A DNA stretch of 63,103 nt, filler included, from Candidatus Woesearchaeota archaeon (GCA_003695265.1; 6 parts of 6 records of this genome joined end to end with filler, not necessarily neighbours in it), one strand, 5' to 3'; positions 19,869 to 29,642 are shown, numbered from the whole stretch's first letter. The notes: generated from the sequence alone by a model not told the origin. Numbers and translations are program-made.

Positions 19869-20759
19869 ATGTTATGGTTAATACCTCTTTGTATTGGTCT
19901 TTTCATTTGGTCATTGGCGTCTCTGGTTGACAGGTATGCATTAATTTTTCATGTGAAAAGCAAGAAGTTGTATGTTTTGTACCCTGCTCTTACACACTTG
20001 GTTGTGACTTTTGTTATAATCCAATTTTTTCCAATAGAAAAACTTTCTTTTGATGTTCTTGGTTGGGCAATTCTTGGCGGGTTGCTTGAAGTATGGACGC
20101 TTTATTACCTTTTCACTGCAATAAGTCTGGAACAAATAACAAAAGTATTCCCTTTAAGCAGTTTAACCTCTTTTTTAGTGCTTTTCTTGAGCTGGTTATT
20201 GCTCAACGACCCGCTTTCGGGAAGCAGCTTATATGCATTTTTTCTATTTGTTGCTGGAGGAACAATTCTTGGAGTTTCACATGATAAAAAAAAGATCAAC
20301 CTAAGTAAGGCGTTGAAGCCCTTACTCATAACTGGTTTTGTAGGAAGCTTTCAAATAATAGTGATGAAGCACGTTTTTAACTTGACCAGATTCTGGACAG
20401 GATTCTTTTACTCAAGAATTGGGTTATTTATTGGGGGGCTGATAATCTTCCTTGCTTGGCAAAAGAAAATAATTAAAGAATGGAAAAAAGTCAAACCAAA
20501 AACACATTCCCTTTTATTCGGCAATCAGATAATAGCTGTTTTTGGCCATGTTTTTGTGTATTTTGCATTGTCTTTGGCAAATTCTGCTTTGGTAAGCTCA
20601 GCATACGGAATACAGCACATAATGATATTCTTAATGGCAACTTTCATCAGCATTTGGAAACCGGAAATACTAAAAGAGGAACTAACAAAAAAAGAAATAT
20701 TGAAGAAAGCCATTGGAACTTTGTTAGTAATTGCTGCAATTTACTTTTTGAATGTGTAA
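19869..20759 (+). CDS. EamA/DMT family transporter
   Basis: ~10 TM helices in two repeats. Confidence 0.8.
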   Translation: MLWLIPLCIGLFIWSLASLVDRYALIFHVKSKKLYVLYPALTHLVVTFVIIQFFPIEKLSFDVLGWAILGGLLEVWTLYYLFTAISLEQITKVFPLSSLTSFLVLFLSWLLLNDPLSGSSLYAFFLFVAGGTILGVSHDKKKINLSKALKPLLITGFVGSFQIIVMKHVFNLTRFWTGFFYSRIGLFIGGLIIFLAWQKKIIKEWKKVKPKTHSLLFGNQIIAVFGHVFVYFALSLANSALVSSAYGIQHIMIFLMATFISIWKPEILKEELTKKEILKKAIGTLLVIAAIYFLNV

Positions 20760-20920
20760 GCCCCGGGAGGGACTTTCACAAACTTTTGCCGTTTTTCGTG
20801 GGATTTCACTCAGTGAACATCCCACATGATCGCTTTTGATCAAATTTTGGCAAAAATTTGGTTTGAACCCTCGACCTGCGGATTACAAGTCCGCCGCAAT
20901 AGCCACTATGCTACCGGAGC
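20759..20920 (-). tRNA. tRNA-Thr(TGT) with 89-nt T-loop intron (59/60; 20773-20861)
   Basis: Acceptor GCTCCGG/CCGGGGC, anticodon GCGGA-CT TGT AA-TCCGC, T-stem GAGGG/CCCTC; bulge-helix-bulge (BHB) from TTCA/TGAA helix with closing helix CAAATTTTTGCC/GGCAAAAGTTTG. Confidence 0.92.
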
Positions 20921-20967
20921 AATAGACTCTGGTTTTAATTCCTAATTTATAAATTTTATTGAAAAAT

Positions 20968-21056
20968 GGTTAAGTCAACTTAAGTGAGATAGGTTTTGGT
21001 GGTGTTGGTGGGACTAAAAACTTTGTAATGCCCTAACTCAAAAAAATTGACTTTAT
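20968..21056 (+). repeat. Dispersed intergenic repeat, copy 3
   Basis: GGTTAAGTCAACTTAAGTGAGA...GGTGGTGTTGGTGGGACTAAAAA...AAATTGACTTTA. Confidence 0.85.
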
Positions 21057-21101
21057 CTTGAAAAAGTGTTTTATTCGTAAATTATTGTCTTAAAAAAAGA
21101 A

Positions 21102-21701
21102 TTAATACTGTTTTTCAAAGCCTCTTTTATGATGGAAGAATGTCGGATGAATGACGTGCTCGTTCAGTTTGAGGAACTGTTTCATTTCTGCCTGCAGCCT
21201 GTATGCTCTGTTGTAAAGGTCGCGCTTGTACTTGAGAATGTCATTATAATATATTCTTTTCCTGAAAACATCATCGAAGGTTTTCAGGAACCAGTTTTTT
21301 TTCCATTTTCCTAAATAGTCTAGGACTAAGTCTGCTTTACATCTTAGAGTAAGCTCGCTGTGGTTTGTCTTTACTTTTTGGCCTTCATGCATTATTTCAA
21401 GCTCTTTGAGACCTAAAAAATGGCCGTCGATTATCAGCCTGTATTTGTAATAAGAATTGTTTTTTGGTATCAGCTCTGCTCGCCACCAAAACCAGACTTC
21501 TTTTATGTTTCCTGGCTCGCGCTTTTCATAGTACATAACCTCATATTTATCACCGCTCCCCATTTCCTCATCAACAAATTCTTCTTCGACAAGCCAGTTG
21601 TAAATAGTTTTGTAAGCCCATTCAGCTGTGAAAACGTTCTTGTTGATGATTTCCCATCTTGCCGCTTCAATAACCTCTGCAGGAGATATTACTTTTACCA
21701 T
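21102..21701 (-). CDS. Hypothetical protein
   Basis: 199 aa soluble ORF with TATA-like sequence upstream. Confidence 0.7.
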   Translation of the reverse strand: MVKVISPAEVIEAARWEIINKNVFTAEWAYKTIYNWLVEEEFVDEEMGSGDKYEVMYYEKREPGNIKEVWFWWRAELIPKNNSYYKYRLIIDGHFLGLKELEIMHEGQKVKTNHSELTLRCKADLVLDYLGKWKKNWFLKTFDDVFRKRIYYNDILKYKRDLYNRAYRLQAEMKQFLKLNEHVIHPTFFHHKRGFEKQY

Positions 21702-21739
21702 GCAAGAAGTATTAATAAAAATGGTTTATAAAGGTTTTG

Positions 21740-22399
21740 TTAGCATAACGGGTTTAGGATAAACGCAGTTGTTTTCACAAAGTCAAAAAATGATGGTGGC
21801 TTTGTCTGGACTCTTAGGTTTCCTTTTCTTATTGCTTCCAGCACGTCATCTTTTGTTTTTTCTGAGTCAATGTTGGAAAATGTGTTGTTCATTTGGTATA
21901 TCATATGCAGGTCGGAGTTCCCTATTAAGGGAAGCCCAAACTTCTTGGCAACTTCGACTGCTTTTCTGTTCGGGTTAAGAAAGCGCCAGTAATAATGGTT
22001 ATATTCGATGGCGTCAAAAAGCTTTATGTTCTCAATAAGTTTGCTGCCAAGGCACCTTCCAAGATAATAGAAAGGGTGTGGCGCAGCAATAACTGCGTGG
22101 TCTTTTATTTTCTCAAGATCTATCAAATTTTTTATTTTTGTTATTTCCTCATTTGTTGTATTGTAAATCAGGACGTGCTTTCCTTCAATTTGAGCTTCGA
22201 CTCCAGGTATTAGAAGGATTCCCTTTTGCCTTGCAAAGTCAAATATGTGTTTTTTATTTAGGACATGATCGTGTAATGTTATTGAGAGCACTTCAAAGCC
22301 TTTTTTAGATGCAAAAGTGATTAGGTCTTTTGCAGTGTACTTGATATATGGATCTTTAGGATCCTCTTTGGTGTGTATGTGCATATCTGACTTCAGCAT
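21740..22399 (-). CDS. PHP-domain phosphoesterase
   Basis: DMHIHT, ITLHD, PGVE, APHPF, GNSDLH; start moved to MLKSD. Confidence 0.9.
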   Translation of the reverse strand: MLKSDMHIHTKEDPKDPYIKYTAKDLITFASKKGFEVLSITLHDHVLNKKHIFDFARQKGILLIPGVEAQIEGKHVLIYNTTNEEITKIKNLIDLEKIKDHAVIAAPHPFYYLGRCLGSKLIENIKLFDAIEYNHYYWRFLNPNRKAVEVAKKFGLPLIGNSDLHMIYQMNNTFSNIDSEKTKDDVLEAIRKGNLRVQTKPPSFFDFVKTTAFILNPLC

Positions 22400-22409
22400 T
22401 TTAAAGAAC

Positions 22410-23456
22410 TCATTTCTCAAGAATAATGCTTTGTGTCGGATAGGCAAATTCAATGCCCTCTTTCTCAAATTCCTCTTTCAACGCGAAGTTTATTTCCTGC
22501 TGAGCATCCATGTAGGCTTTGTATTCCCTTGTGTTTATGTAGTAAACCACCTCGAAATTAAGGCTGAAATCGCCTAGTTCTTTGAAGTGCACCCTGTCAA
22601 GCTCCAGGTTTTTATTATTGCTAATTATTTTCTCAACAATTTTATTGATTTTTTTGAGTTTTTCTGTTGGAGTGTCATAAACGACTCCGAAGTTAAACAC
22701 AACCCTTCTTTTTTGCATTCGCTTGTAATTGTTGATTCTTATGCTTGTTAATTCGCGGTTTGAAACGATTAATTCCTGGCCCTGCAAAGTCCTTATCCTT
22801 GTGGTTTTAAGACCTATGTGCTCGACTGTTCCGCTGTCTGAGCCTATAACTATATAATCTCCGTGCTTGAAAGGCTTGTCAAAGTATATTGTGAATGAGC
22901 TGAAGAGGTCTTCCAGTATGTTCTGAAACGCGAAAGCAACCGCTATTCCTCCAATTCCAAGGCCTGCAATAAGGGGCGTTACCTTAATGCCGAAATTGTC
23001 GAGGAGGAATATGGCTGCAAGAACCCAGACAACAATTTTTGTTATTGTACCAATAATGGAGATAAATGTGGTGTCTTCACCCTTGTCTGACTCACTCTGC
23101 TTCGCAACCTGCTTTTCTGCAAAGAAAGAAATCATGTTATTCACAAACCTGACAGCATAGAACACTATTAAAATTGTAATTGCGTAATTAATGCCTTTAT
23201 CAACCCATAACGGAAGTGCCAATGGCTTTGTTGCTATTCCAACTGAGAGGGTTATGTAAAAAAACCAAGGAATCCTTTCAATAGCATCAACTATCATGTC
23301 ATCAATCTCGTTTGTTGTCTTTTTCGCAAATTTCTTTAGCAGTTGAACAATAAAATTCTTTGAAGTCCTGAGAATTATCAGCAATAGCACAAACAAGAGA
23401 ACTGAGGCAACATATTCTTTTGGTATTCTTGTAAGCGCAGTTATTTGGCTAATCAT
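22410..23456 (-). CDS. mscS: Small-conductance mechanosensitive channel
   Basis: GIAVAFAFQNILEDL, DKPFKHGD, IGLKTTRIRT, GIEFAYPTQ. Confidence 0.93.
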   Translation of the reverse strand: MISQITALTRIPKEYVASVLLFVLLLIILRTSKNFIVQLLKKFAKKTTNEIDDMIVDAIERIPWFFYITLSVGIATKPLALPLWVDKGINYAITILIVFYAVRFVNNMISFFAEKQVAKQSESDKGEDTTFISIIGTITKIVVWVLAAIFLLDNFGIKVTPLIAGLGIGGIAVAFAFQNILEDLFSSFTIYFDKPFKHGDYIVIGSDSGTVEHIGLKTTRIRTLQGQELIVSNRELTSIRINNYKRMQKRRVVFNFGVVYDTPTEKLKKINKIVEKIISNNKNLELDRVHFKELGDFSLNFEVVYYINTREYKAYMDAQQEINFALKEEFEKEGIEFAYPTQSIILEK

Positions 23457-23509
23457 TCGTGTTCAGAGCGAGCAGTAGTTTAAATATTTTGCGCTAAGTG
23501 GTTAAACAG

Positions 23510-24976
23510 TCAGCTTATTGACTTCAGAAATTCCATGTGTGCCCTTGTTTGAGGGCTATCCAGAACTTTGCTTACGCCGCCAAAAAAAGTGTAGGCAAAA
23601 ATTCCCAAAGCTTTTCTTAAATCATGAGTCCTGGACAGCCTGCCAAAAGAAGAAGTCGCAGAGTAAAAGTCCCGGATGCCGTCAAAAACCATTGTTTGGA
23701 GCTGGTAAGGCGTGAAATTGGCTGGCCTGACAACACAATGCTGACCGTCATACAGGCTGTAATCCCTAGTTAAAATTCTTCCTTCTGCTTCCATTTGGTT
23801 CCAAAAAGGTGTTCCTGGGAGTGGTGATTTGATGAATAGTTGTAATGTGTCCGCGTTTTGTTTCGCCCATTCAACTGTTGCTTTTAATGTTTCAGGCGTA
23901 TCATCATCTGTGCCGGTCATCATCATGGCATGAACCCAAAAGCCATAACCTTTGAACACTTTAGCTGCTTCTTGGTTCTGCTGCGCAGAAAAAGGCTTTT
24001 TCATATGCTTTAGGGCTTCGTCAACAATTGACTCAAACCCAACACATAAGTACTTGACGCGGGCATTTTTCATCGCCTTTAGCAATTTCTCATTCCTGGC
24101 AGCAGAAGCAGAAACCTGCGCTGTTATTGAGCCATAAGGAACGCCAGATTGCGCCAAAGCTTCCAGCAGGCTAATTGCCTCATTTGGATTCCCTGCAAGG
24201 TTATCTCCGCTAAAAAAGATGTGTTTTGAAAGGCCGAGCTCGTGAAGCTGGCGTATATCATTAATAAGCTGCTCGGCGGACATGAACCTTATTCTCCTGC
24301 CATATGTCAAGGTTACAGCGCAAAAATCACAATCGTAAGGACACCCTCTCTCTTCTTCAACCACGCCAACGTTTGCTTTTTGCGCAATTACCCTATCATA
24401 ATATGGGAGGGGCATTTTCCTAAAAGTTTCTTCTGATAAAAGCTTTCGCGGATGCGTTTTTATTATGTTCCCTTTTCTTGTGAATGCAATACCATCAACG
24501 TCTTCCAAAGAGCCTGGATCAGAAATAAGCATTCCCATAAGTTCAGGAAGTGTTTCCTCACATTCTCCTATTCCAACAATATCAACGTGCTCAAGCCATT
24601 CCTCTAACCTAAAAGAAGGGTCCATCCCGCCGGCAAGTATAAGGCCATTAGGATTGACAGCCCTATAAGCGTCAGCCAATGCCATTGACTGAGGAGATGT
24701 CCTTGTTATGGAAGAAATGGCTAAGACATCACTTTCTATTATTCTTCTCCAGTTGTGTTCAGACAGCCTGTCGCTGGTGCCGTGAAATTTGGGGTGGATC
24801 ATTTCCACATTTTCCCAGCCATCCCTTTTTAAGACGGCTGCTAAGCGCGGAAGAGACCTTGGCGGCAGCCTGAACATGCTGTAAATGTCATAAGAAGGGT
24901 CGCCGTTAAGCACGCCGAACTGGGTTGGAGGCAATTCCACAAGCGTGATGCTGCTTTTCCTGCTTAACGCTTTCAT
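23510..24976 (-). CDS. B12-binding radical SAM protein
   Basis: N-terminal cobalamin-binding-like region (AGGMDPS, GECEE); RGCPYDCDFC; GFES; PLPGTP; YDGQH. Confidence 0.9.
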   Translation of the reverse strand: MKALSRKSSITLVELPPTQFGVLNGDPSYDIYSMFRLPPRSLPRLAAVLKRDGWENVEMIHPKFHGTSDRLSEHNWRRIIESDVLAISSITRTSPQSMALADAYRAVNPNGLILAGGMDPSFRLEEWLEHVDIVGIGECEETLPELMGMLISDPGSLEDVDGIAFTRKGNIIKTHPRKLLSEETFRKMPLPYYDRVIAQKANVGVVEEERGCPYDCDFCAVTLTYGRRIRFMSAEQLINDIRQLHELGLSKHIFFSGDNLAGNPNEAISLLEALAQSGVPYGSITAQVSASAARNEKLLKAMKNARVKYLCVGFESIVDEALKHMKKPFSAQQNQEAAKVFKGYGFWVHAMMMTGTDDDTPETLKATVEWAKQNADTLQLFIKSPLPGTPFWNQMEAEGRILTRDYSLYDGQHCVVRPANFTPYQLQTMVFDGIRDFYSATSSFGRLSRTHDLRKALGIFAYTFFGGVSKVLDSPQTRAHMEFLKSIS

Positions 24977-25088
24977 AATAAAAGTATAATAATCCTTTTT
25001 TATTAAAGTTATATGTTCTCCAGTGTTATAAAAACGAGAGGTATTTAAAGAAAAAACTATTTAAATAAAGCAGGATTTAGGGCATGAT

Positions 25089-26288
25089 ATGTTAATAGGG
25101 GTGGTTGGAAAAGCAAACGTTGGAAAGAGCACTTTCTTTAAGGCTCTGACTTTGGCAGATGTTGAAATAGCCAATTATCCATTCGCGACCATTAAGCCCA
25201 ACACGGGTGTAGGCTTTGTGGAGGTTGAGTGCGCAGGCAAATTTTTTGGTAAGCAGTGCAATCCAAGGGAAGGTTTCTGCATAGATCAGAGGCGCTTTGT
25301 TCCTGTGCAGCTGATTGACGTTGCCGGCCTTGTGCCGGGAGCTCATGAGGGCAAAGGGATGGGAAACCAGTTCCTGTCTGATTTGAACCAGGCAGACGCG
25401 CTGATTCATGTGATTGACGTTTCAGGCTCTACAAATGAGAAAGGTGAACCAGTAACGCCTGGAAGTTATGACCCTGCAAGAGACATAAAATTCCTTGAGG
25501 ACGAGCTGGATTACTGGTATCTTGGGATATTGAAGAAGGGCTGGGAGAAATTTGCGCGGCAGGTGCAGCAGGAGCATCAGGACATAGCAAAGGCTCTTGC
25601 AAAGCAGCTTTCAGGACTCGGCGTTGATGAGGATATGACAAAAGAAACCATAAGCTTGTTGGAGTTAAACAAAGAGCAGCCTTCCGAGTGGTCAGAGGAA
25701 GACCTTATGGGCATTGCGCGCTCGCTGAGAAAAAAAACAAAGCCGATGATAATAGCAGCCAACAAGATTGATGTTCCCGGAGCGTGGGAGAACTATGAGA
25801 GAGTTGCTAATGAGTTCAATGACTATTTGGTTGTAGCGTGCTCTGCAGAGTCAGAGCTCGCTTTAAAGGAGGCTGCTAAAAAAGGGCTTATTGATTATGT
25901 TCCTGGAAGCGGGACTTTTGAAATAAGGGAAAACGCTGAGATGAATGAGCAGCAGAGGAAAGGCCTTGATTTCATAAGGGAAAAAATACTTGACAGGTAT
26001 GGCAGCACAGGAGTGCAGCAGGTCATGAACAAGCTGGTTTTTAATGTGTTGGGTTACATTGCAGTGTTTCCTGGCGGCGTGAACAAGCTGGAAGACTCTA
26101 ATGGCAATGTCCTGCCAGACTGTTTTCTGCTGAAAAAAGGTTCGACTGCTCTTGACTTTGCTTACAAGCTCCACACTGACTTCGGCAAAAATTTTATAAG
26201 GGCTATTGATGTTAAGGAAAAGATGACTGTTGGCAAGGACCACATCCTTAAAAATGGGGATGTTATAGAAATAGTTGCTGACAAATAA
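25089..26288 (+). CDS. ychF: Obg-family ATPase YchF, archaeal type with TGS domain
   Basis: GKANVGKST, ANYPFATI, DVAGLVPGAH, NKID, HTDFGK. Confidence 0.95.
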   Translation: MLIGVVGKANVGKSTFFKALTLADVEIANYPFATIKPNTGVGFVEVECAGKFFGKQCNPREGFCIDQRRFVPVQLIDVAGLVPGAHEGKGMGNQFLSDLNQADALIHVIDVSGSTNEKGEPVTPGSYDPARDIKFLEDELDYWYLGILKKGWEKFARQVQQEHQDIAKALAKQLSGLGVDEDMTKETISLLELNKEQPSEWSEEDLMGIARSLRKKTKPMIIAANKIDVPGAWENYERVANEFNDYLVVACSAESELALKEAAKKGLIDYVPGSGTFEIRENAEMNEQQRKGLDFIREKILDRYGSTGVQQVMNKLVFNVLGYIAVFPGGVNKLEDSNGNVLPDCFLLKKGSTALDFAYKLHTDFGKNFIRAIDVKEKMTVGKDHILKNGDVIEIVADK

Positions 26289-26336
26289 TTGTGAACATTT
26301 TTATATCAAACCATTTTTTCAGTAAGGGTGATTGTT

Positions 26337-27737
26337 ATGGATTACAAAGTTAAGGATATCAAGCTTGCCGGTTTCGGAAGGAAGGAAATTGAGCTGGCTG
26401 AAAAAGAAATGCCTGGGCTGATGGCATTAAGGAAAAAGTACGGGAAAAAAAAGCCGCTGAGAGGAGCTAGGATTAGTGGAAGCCTGCACATGACAATACA
26501 GACTGCTGTGCTCATAGAGACTTTGCTTGAATTAGGAGCGCAGGTCAGATGGGCTTCATGCAATATTTACTCTACGCAGGACCACGCTGCTGCTGCCATA
26601 GCAAAAGCTGGCGTGCCTGTTTTTGCGTGGAAGGGTGAAAGCTTAAGGGAGTATTGGGAATGCACTTCAAAAGCCCTTGATTTTGGAAATGGGGAAGGAC
26701 CTGACTTGATAGTGGATGATGGTGGAGACGCAACGCTTATGGTTCATAAGGGTGTTGAGGTTGAGAACAACCCTGAGATTCTGGAAAAGGATTATTCTGG
26801 AGAAAGCGAAGACTTTCGTGAATTAATGAATGTGTTAAGGGATATATACAAAAAAAACCAGACAAGGTGGCGTAAAGCTGCAAAAAGGATAAGAGGGGTT
26901 TCTGAGGAGACAACGACAGGAGTTCATAGGCTTTACCAAATGCTTGATGAGGGAAAACTTCTTTTTCCTGCAATAAACGTTAATGACTCTGTCACAAAAT
27001 CAAAGTTTGACAACCTTTACGGCTGCAGGGAAAGCCTGGCTGACGGCATAAAAAGAGGGACAGACATTATGGTAGCAGGCAAAGTGGTCGTTGTCTGCGG
27101 CTATGGCGATGTTGGAAAAGGGTGCTGCCAGTCAATGCGTGGATTTGGCGCTCGTGTCATAGTGACAGAAATAGATCCTATATGCGCCTTGCAGGCCGCG
27201 ATGGAAGGCTATGAGGTGAAAAGGGTTGAGGACACTCTTGAGTATGGTGATATTTACGTAACTGCTACAGGAAATAGGGATGTGATTACTGTAAAGCACA
27301 TGGAAAAAATGAAAGATGGAGCAATTGTCTGCAATATAGGTCATTTTGATAATGAGATTCAGGTGAGCGAGTTGGAGAAGTATCCTGGAATAAAGGAAAC
27401 AAACATAAAGCCGCAGGTTGACAAATTCACTTTCCCGGACGGCCACTCGATTATCCTGCTTTCCCGCGGAAGACTTGTTAATCTCGGCAACGCTACAGGC
27501 CACCCTAGCTTCGTGATGAGCACCTCATTTACTAATCAGGTGCTGGCGCAAATGGAATTATGGAGCAAGGATTATAAGGTGGGCGTTTACATGCTTCCAA
27601 AGGAGCTTGATGAGGAAGTTGCAAGGCTTCACCTTGACAAGCTGGGCGTTAAGCTTACCAAGCTGACAAAAGAGCAAGCTGAATATATTGGAGTAAAAAT
27701 TGGAGGGCCTTACAAGCCTGAACATTACAAGTATTGA
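26337..27737 (+). CDS. ahcY: S-adenosylhomocysteine hydrolase
   Basis: [40 protein letters not shown]. Confidence 0.97.
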   Translation: MDYKVKDIKLAGFGRKEIELAEKEMPGLMALRKKYGKKKPLRGARISGSLHMTIQTAVLIETLLELGAQVRWASCNIYSTQDHAAAAIAKAGVPVFAWKGESLREYWECTSKALDFGNGEGPDLIVDDGGDATLMVHKGVEVENNPEILEKDYSGESEDFRELMNVLRDIYKKNQTRWRKAAKRIRGVSEETTTGVHRLYQMLDEGKLLFPAINVNDSVTKSKFDNLYGCRESLADGIKRGTDIMVAGKVVVVCGYGDVGKGCCQSMRGFGARVIVTEIDPICALQAAMEGYEVKRVEDTLEYGDIYVTATGNRDVITVKHMEKMKDGAIVCNIGHFDNEIQVSELEKYPGIKETNIKPQVDKFTFPDGHSIILLSRGRLVNLGNATGHPSFVMSTSFTNQVLAQMELWSKDYKVGVYMLPKELDEEVARLHLDKLGVKLTKLTKEQAEYIGVKIGGPYKPEHYKY

Positions 27738-27742
27738 TTAAA

Positions 27743-28342
27743 CTATTTTATTAGTTTATTTCTTTTTAGAATGTCTTTGTATTCTTTGAAGTCGTCTGAT
27801 TCCTTGAATTTCTTAAGCTGCAGTTTGGAAAGCCTTGATATCCACTTGTGAGAAATTTTTGACAGCTTCTTCATATCATCAAGGACAAGGTCTAATTGCA
27901 GTTTAAACTGTTCTTCTGGGCTGAGTTCATCATCCTTTTTTTCTTCCTCATCAAAATTGTTAATTAGTCTTAATTTTCTTAAGATTTTTGTCAGCAGCAT
28001 TTCCTTCTCTTCTTCTATTTCTTTTTCTATTTCATCAAGCTCTTCATACTCGTCTTTCATCTCTTCAAGAGTTTCTGTATGCGCAATTTCCTCTTTCTCT
28101 TTTTGAATGGCTGCCTCGATTTCTCTTGTCTTTTTTGATTTGAGCAGGTTCTTGAAGAATTCTTTTATGAAAGGCTCGTCTCTTCTTTCAATATGAATTT
28201 TAGAAGTATCGTTTATGTCTGGAACGCATTCTTTTCGTGATTTCTGCTTAAAAGAGAAAAACCCTTTTTTAGTTGGTTCTATTCTGCACCTCAGATACCT
28301 GTCCATTTCATCATTGAATGATTTTCCTATTGTGCTCACCAA
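27743..28342 (-). CDS. Hypothetical acidic coiled-coil protein
   Basis: 199 aa, E/K-rich; divergent from the iteron region. Confidence 0.7.
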   Translation of the reverse strand: MVSTIGKSFNDEMDRYLRCRIEPTKKGFFSFKQKSRKECVPDINDTSKIHIERRDEPFIKEFFKNLLKSKKTREIEAAIQKEKEEIAHTETLEEMKDEYEELDEIEKEIEEEKEMLLTKILRKLRLINNFDEEEKKDDELSPEEQFKLQLDLVLDDMKKLSKISHKWISRLSKLQLKKFKESDDFKEYKDILKRNKLIK

Positions 28343-28384
28343 TTAATTTTAATACAAAGGTTGTATTTATAGTTTTTGCTATTC

Positions 28385-28533
28385 AGTCTCAGAATAGTCT
28401 CAGAAAAGTATTATTAAGTCTCAGACTAGTCTCAAAAGTTCCACAGGAAATGATGGGGTGTCCTCTAAAAAATTAAAATAACTAGTCTCAGACCAGTCTC
28501 AAAAGTTCCACAGGAAGTCTCAGACCAGTCTCA
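28385..28533 (+). promoter_or_regulatory. Iteron array (8x AGTCTCA) with two ORB-like GTTCCACAGGAA boxes; candidate replication origin
   Basis: AGTCTCA at 28385, 28396, 28417, 28428, 28484, 28495, 28516, 28527; GTTCCACAGGAA at 28438 (followed by ATGATGGGG) and 28505; AT-rich spacer about 28466-28482. Confidence 0.6.
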
Positions 28534-28577
28534 GCTTAAGGAAAGGTTTAAATATTTCCAAAGGAATCCAAAGCATT

Positions 28578-28958
28578 ATGATAAATGAGAAGAAGCTGAT
28601 TGAGGCGTTTGAGAAAATCAAAAGGGACAATGATGAAATCAGAAAAGAGATAATGCTCTTAAAGGAGGAGAACAAAAGGCTTTCAATGGAAATAAAGTCA
28701 CTGAAAAGAGCTCCTGTAAACCAGCCGTTATTCCAAAAACAAATCATAAAAAAGATCAACAGGCATCGCAAAGAAATTGTAAAGCAGAAAATAATTGATA
28801 TTTTAAGGACGAAAAATCTAAGCCTGATTGAGCTTAAGGAAATCGTTGTTGATAAGGAGCAGTACTGCTCAAAAGCATCATTCTACCGCTATGTTGATGA
28901 GCTTAAAGACCAAATAATTATTAACGAACAAAAAGTGCTGAGCCTGAGGGAGATATGA
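28578..28958 (+). CDS. Coiled-coil plus winged-helix DNA-binding protein
   Basis: N-terminal heptads; C-terminal LSLIELKE...CSKASFYRYVDEL HTH pattern. Confidence 0.75.
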   Translation: MINEKKLIEAFEKIKRDNDEIRKEIMLLKEENKRLSMEIKSLKRAPVNQPLFQKQIIKKINRHRKEIVKQKIIDILRTKNLSLIELKEIVVDKEQYCSKASFYRYVDELKDQIIINEQKVLSLREI

Positions 28959-29284
28959 AAGAGCACAAGATAAATCTAAAAAAAGTGGTTTGCAACAACT
29001 TTTTCTCTAAAATGCTTGGGATAATGTTCAGGAAAAAGTTAGAGAATTCTTGCTATGTGTTCACTTTCAAAAAGCCTTCACGAGTTGACATTCACTCATT
29101 CTTCGTTTTTCATCCGTTTGACTTGGTTCTGCTTGATGAGAACAGCAGAATAGTTGAGATTAAAGAAAGTTTTATGCCTTGGCGGGTGTTTATTCCAAAA
29201 AAGAGAGCTAAGGTGTTTATTGAGCTTCCTGCTGGATATGTGAAGAAGAACAATTTAAAAGAAGGAATAAAAGTAAGTTTGTGA
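28955..29284 (+). CDS. DUF192 family protein
   Basis: GIMFR, IHSFFVFHPFDLVLLD, FIELPAG. Confidence 0.85.
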   Translation: MKEHKINLKKVVCNNFFSKMLGIMFRKKLENSCYVFTFKKPSRVDIHSFFVFHPFDLVLLDENSRIVEIKESFMPWRVFIPKKRAKVFIELPAGYVKKNNLKEGIKVSL

Positions 29285-29329
29285 ATAACAAAACTTGCCA
29301 TTGGTTATAGCCCACCGTGCCTTCTGCCT

Positions 29330-29441
29330 AAAGCAAAGTTGATTATGGCAAGATGTGACATATAAGGGTGGTTTGGGTGGGACTAAAAATTTTTGTGATT
29401 TTTAAGGCAACAAATTTTCAACACAAAAAAACGGACTTAAG
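29330..29441 (+). repeat. Dispersed intergenic repeat, copy 4
   Basis: GGGTGGTTTGGGTGGGACTAAAAATTTTTGTGAT...CAACAAA...GACTTAA. Confidence 0.8.
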
Positions 29442-29489
29442 CTATTTCTCAAAACCTTTAAATATTATCATTTGATTCTCTGCTTTACT

Positions 29490-29642
29490 GGGGACGTAGT
29501 ATAAGCTGGCTAGTACAGCTGGCTCCAGTCATGGAGCGATGAGCGAAAGCGATGATTAAACAGTTGGTGAGTCGTTCTGAGGAAGTCACCAGCAGATCCG
29601 AGAGGCTTTAAAAGTCCGGAAATTCAAATCTCGGCGTCCCCA
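29490..29642 (+). tRNA. tRNA-Trp(CCA) with two introns: anticodon 29529-29587 and T-arm 53/54 29603-29622
   Basis: Acceptor GGGGACG/CGTCCCC, anticodon GCTGG-CT CCA G|A-CCAGC, T-arm CCGAG|TTCAAAT-CTCGG. Confidence 0.88.

Noticed and set aside
20757..20760. EamA stop codon overlapping the tRNA-Thr 3' end as an att site
   Set aside because: Only a 1-nt convergent overlap; no duplicated tRNA 3' end or integrase is visible.
28385..28533. Mini-CRISPR reading of the longer direct repeat at about 28417 and 28484
   Set aside because: Only two long copies, built from 7-mers that also occur outside them; fits iterons better.
20968..29441. Dispersed repeat as a replichore-polarised (KOPS-like) motif
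   Set aside because: Copies 3 and 4 have the same orientation on both sides of the candidate origin, and orientation cannot be compared across contigs.
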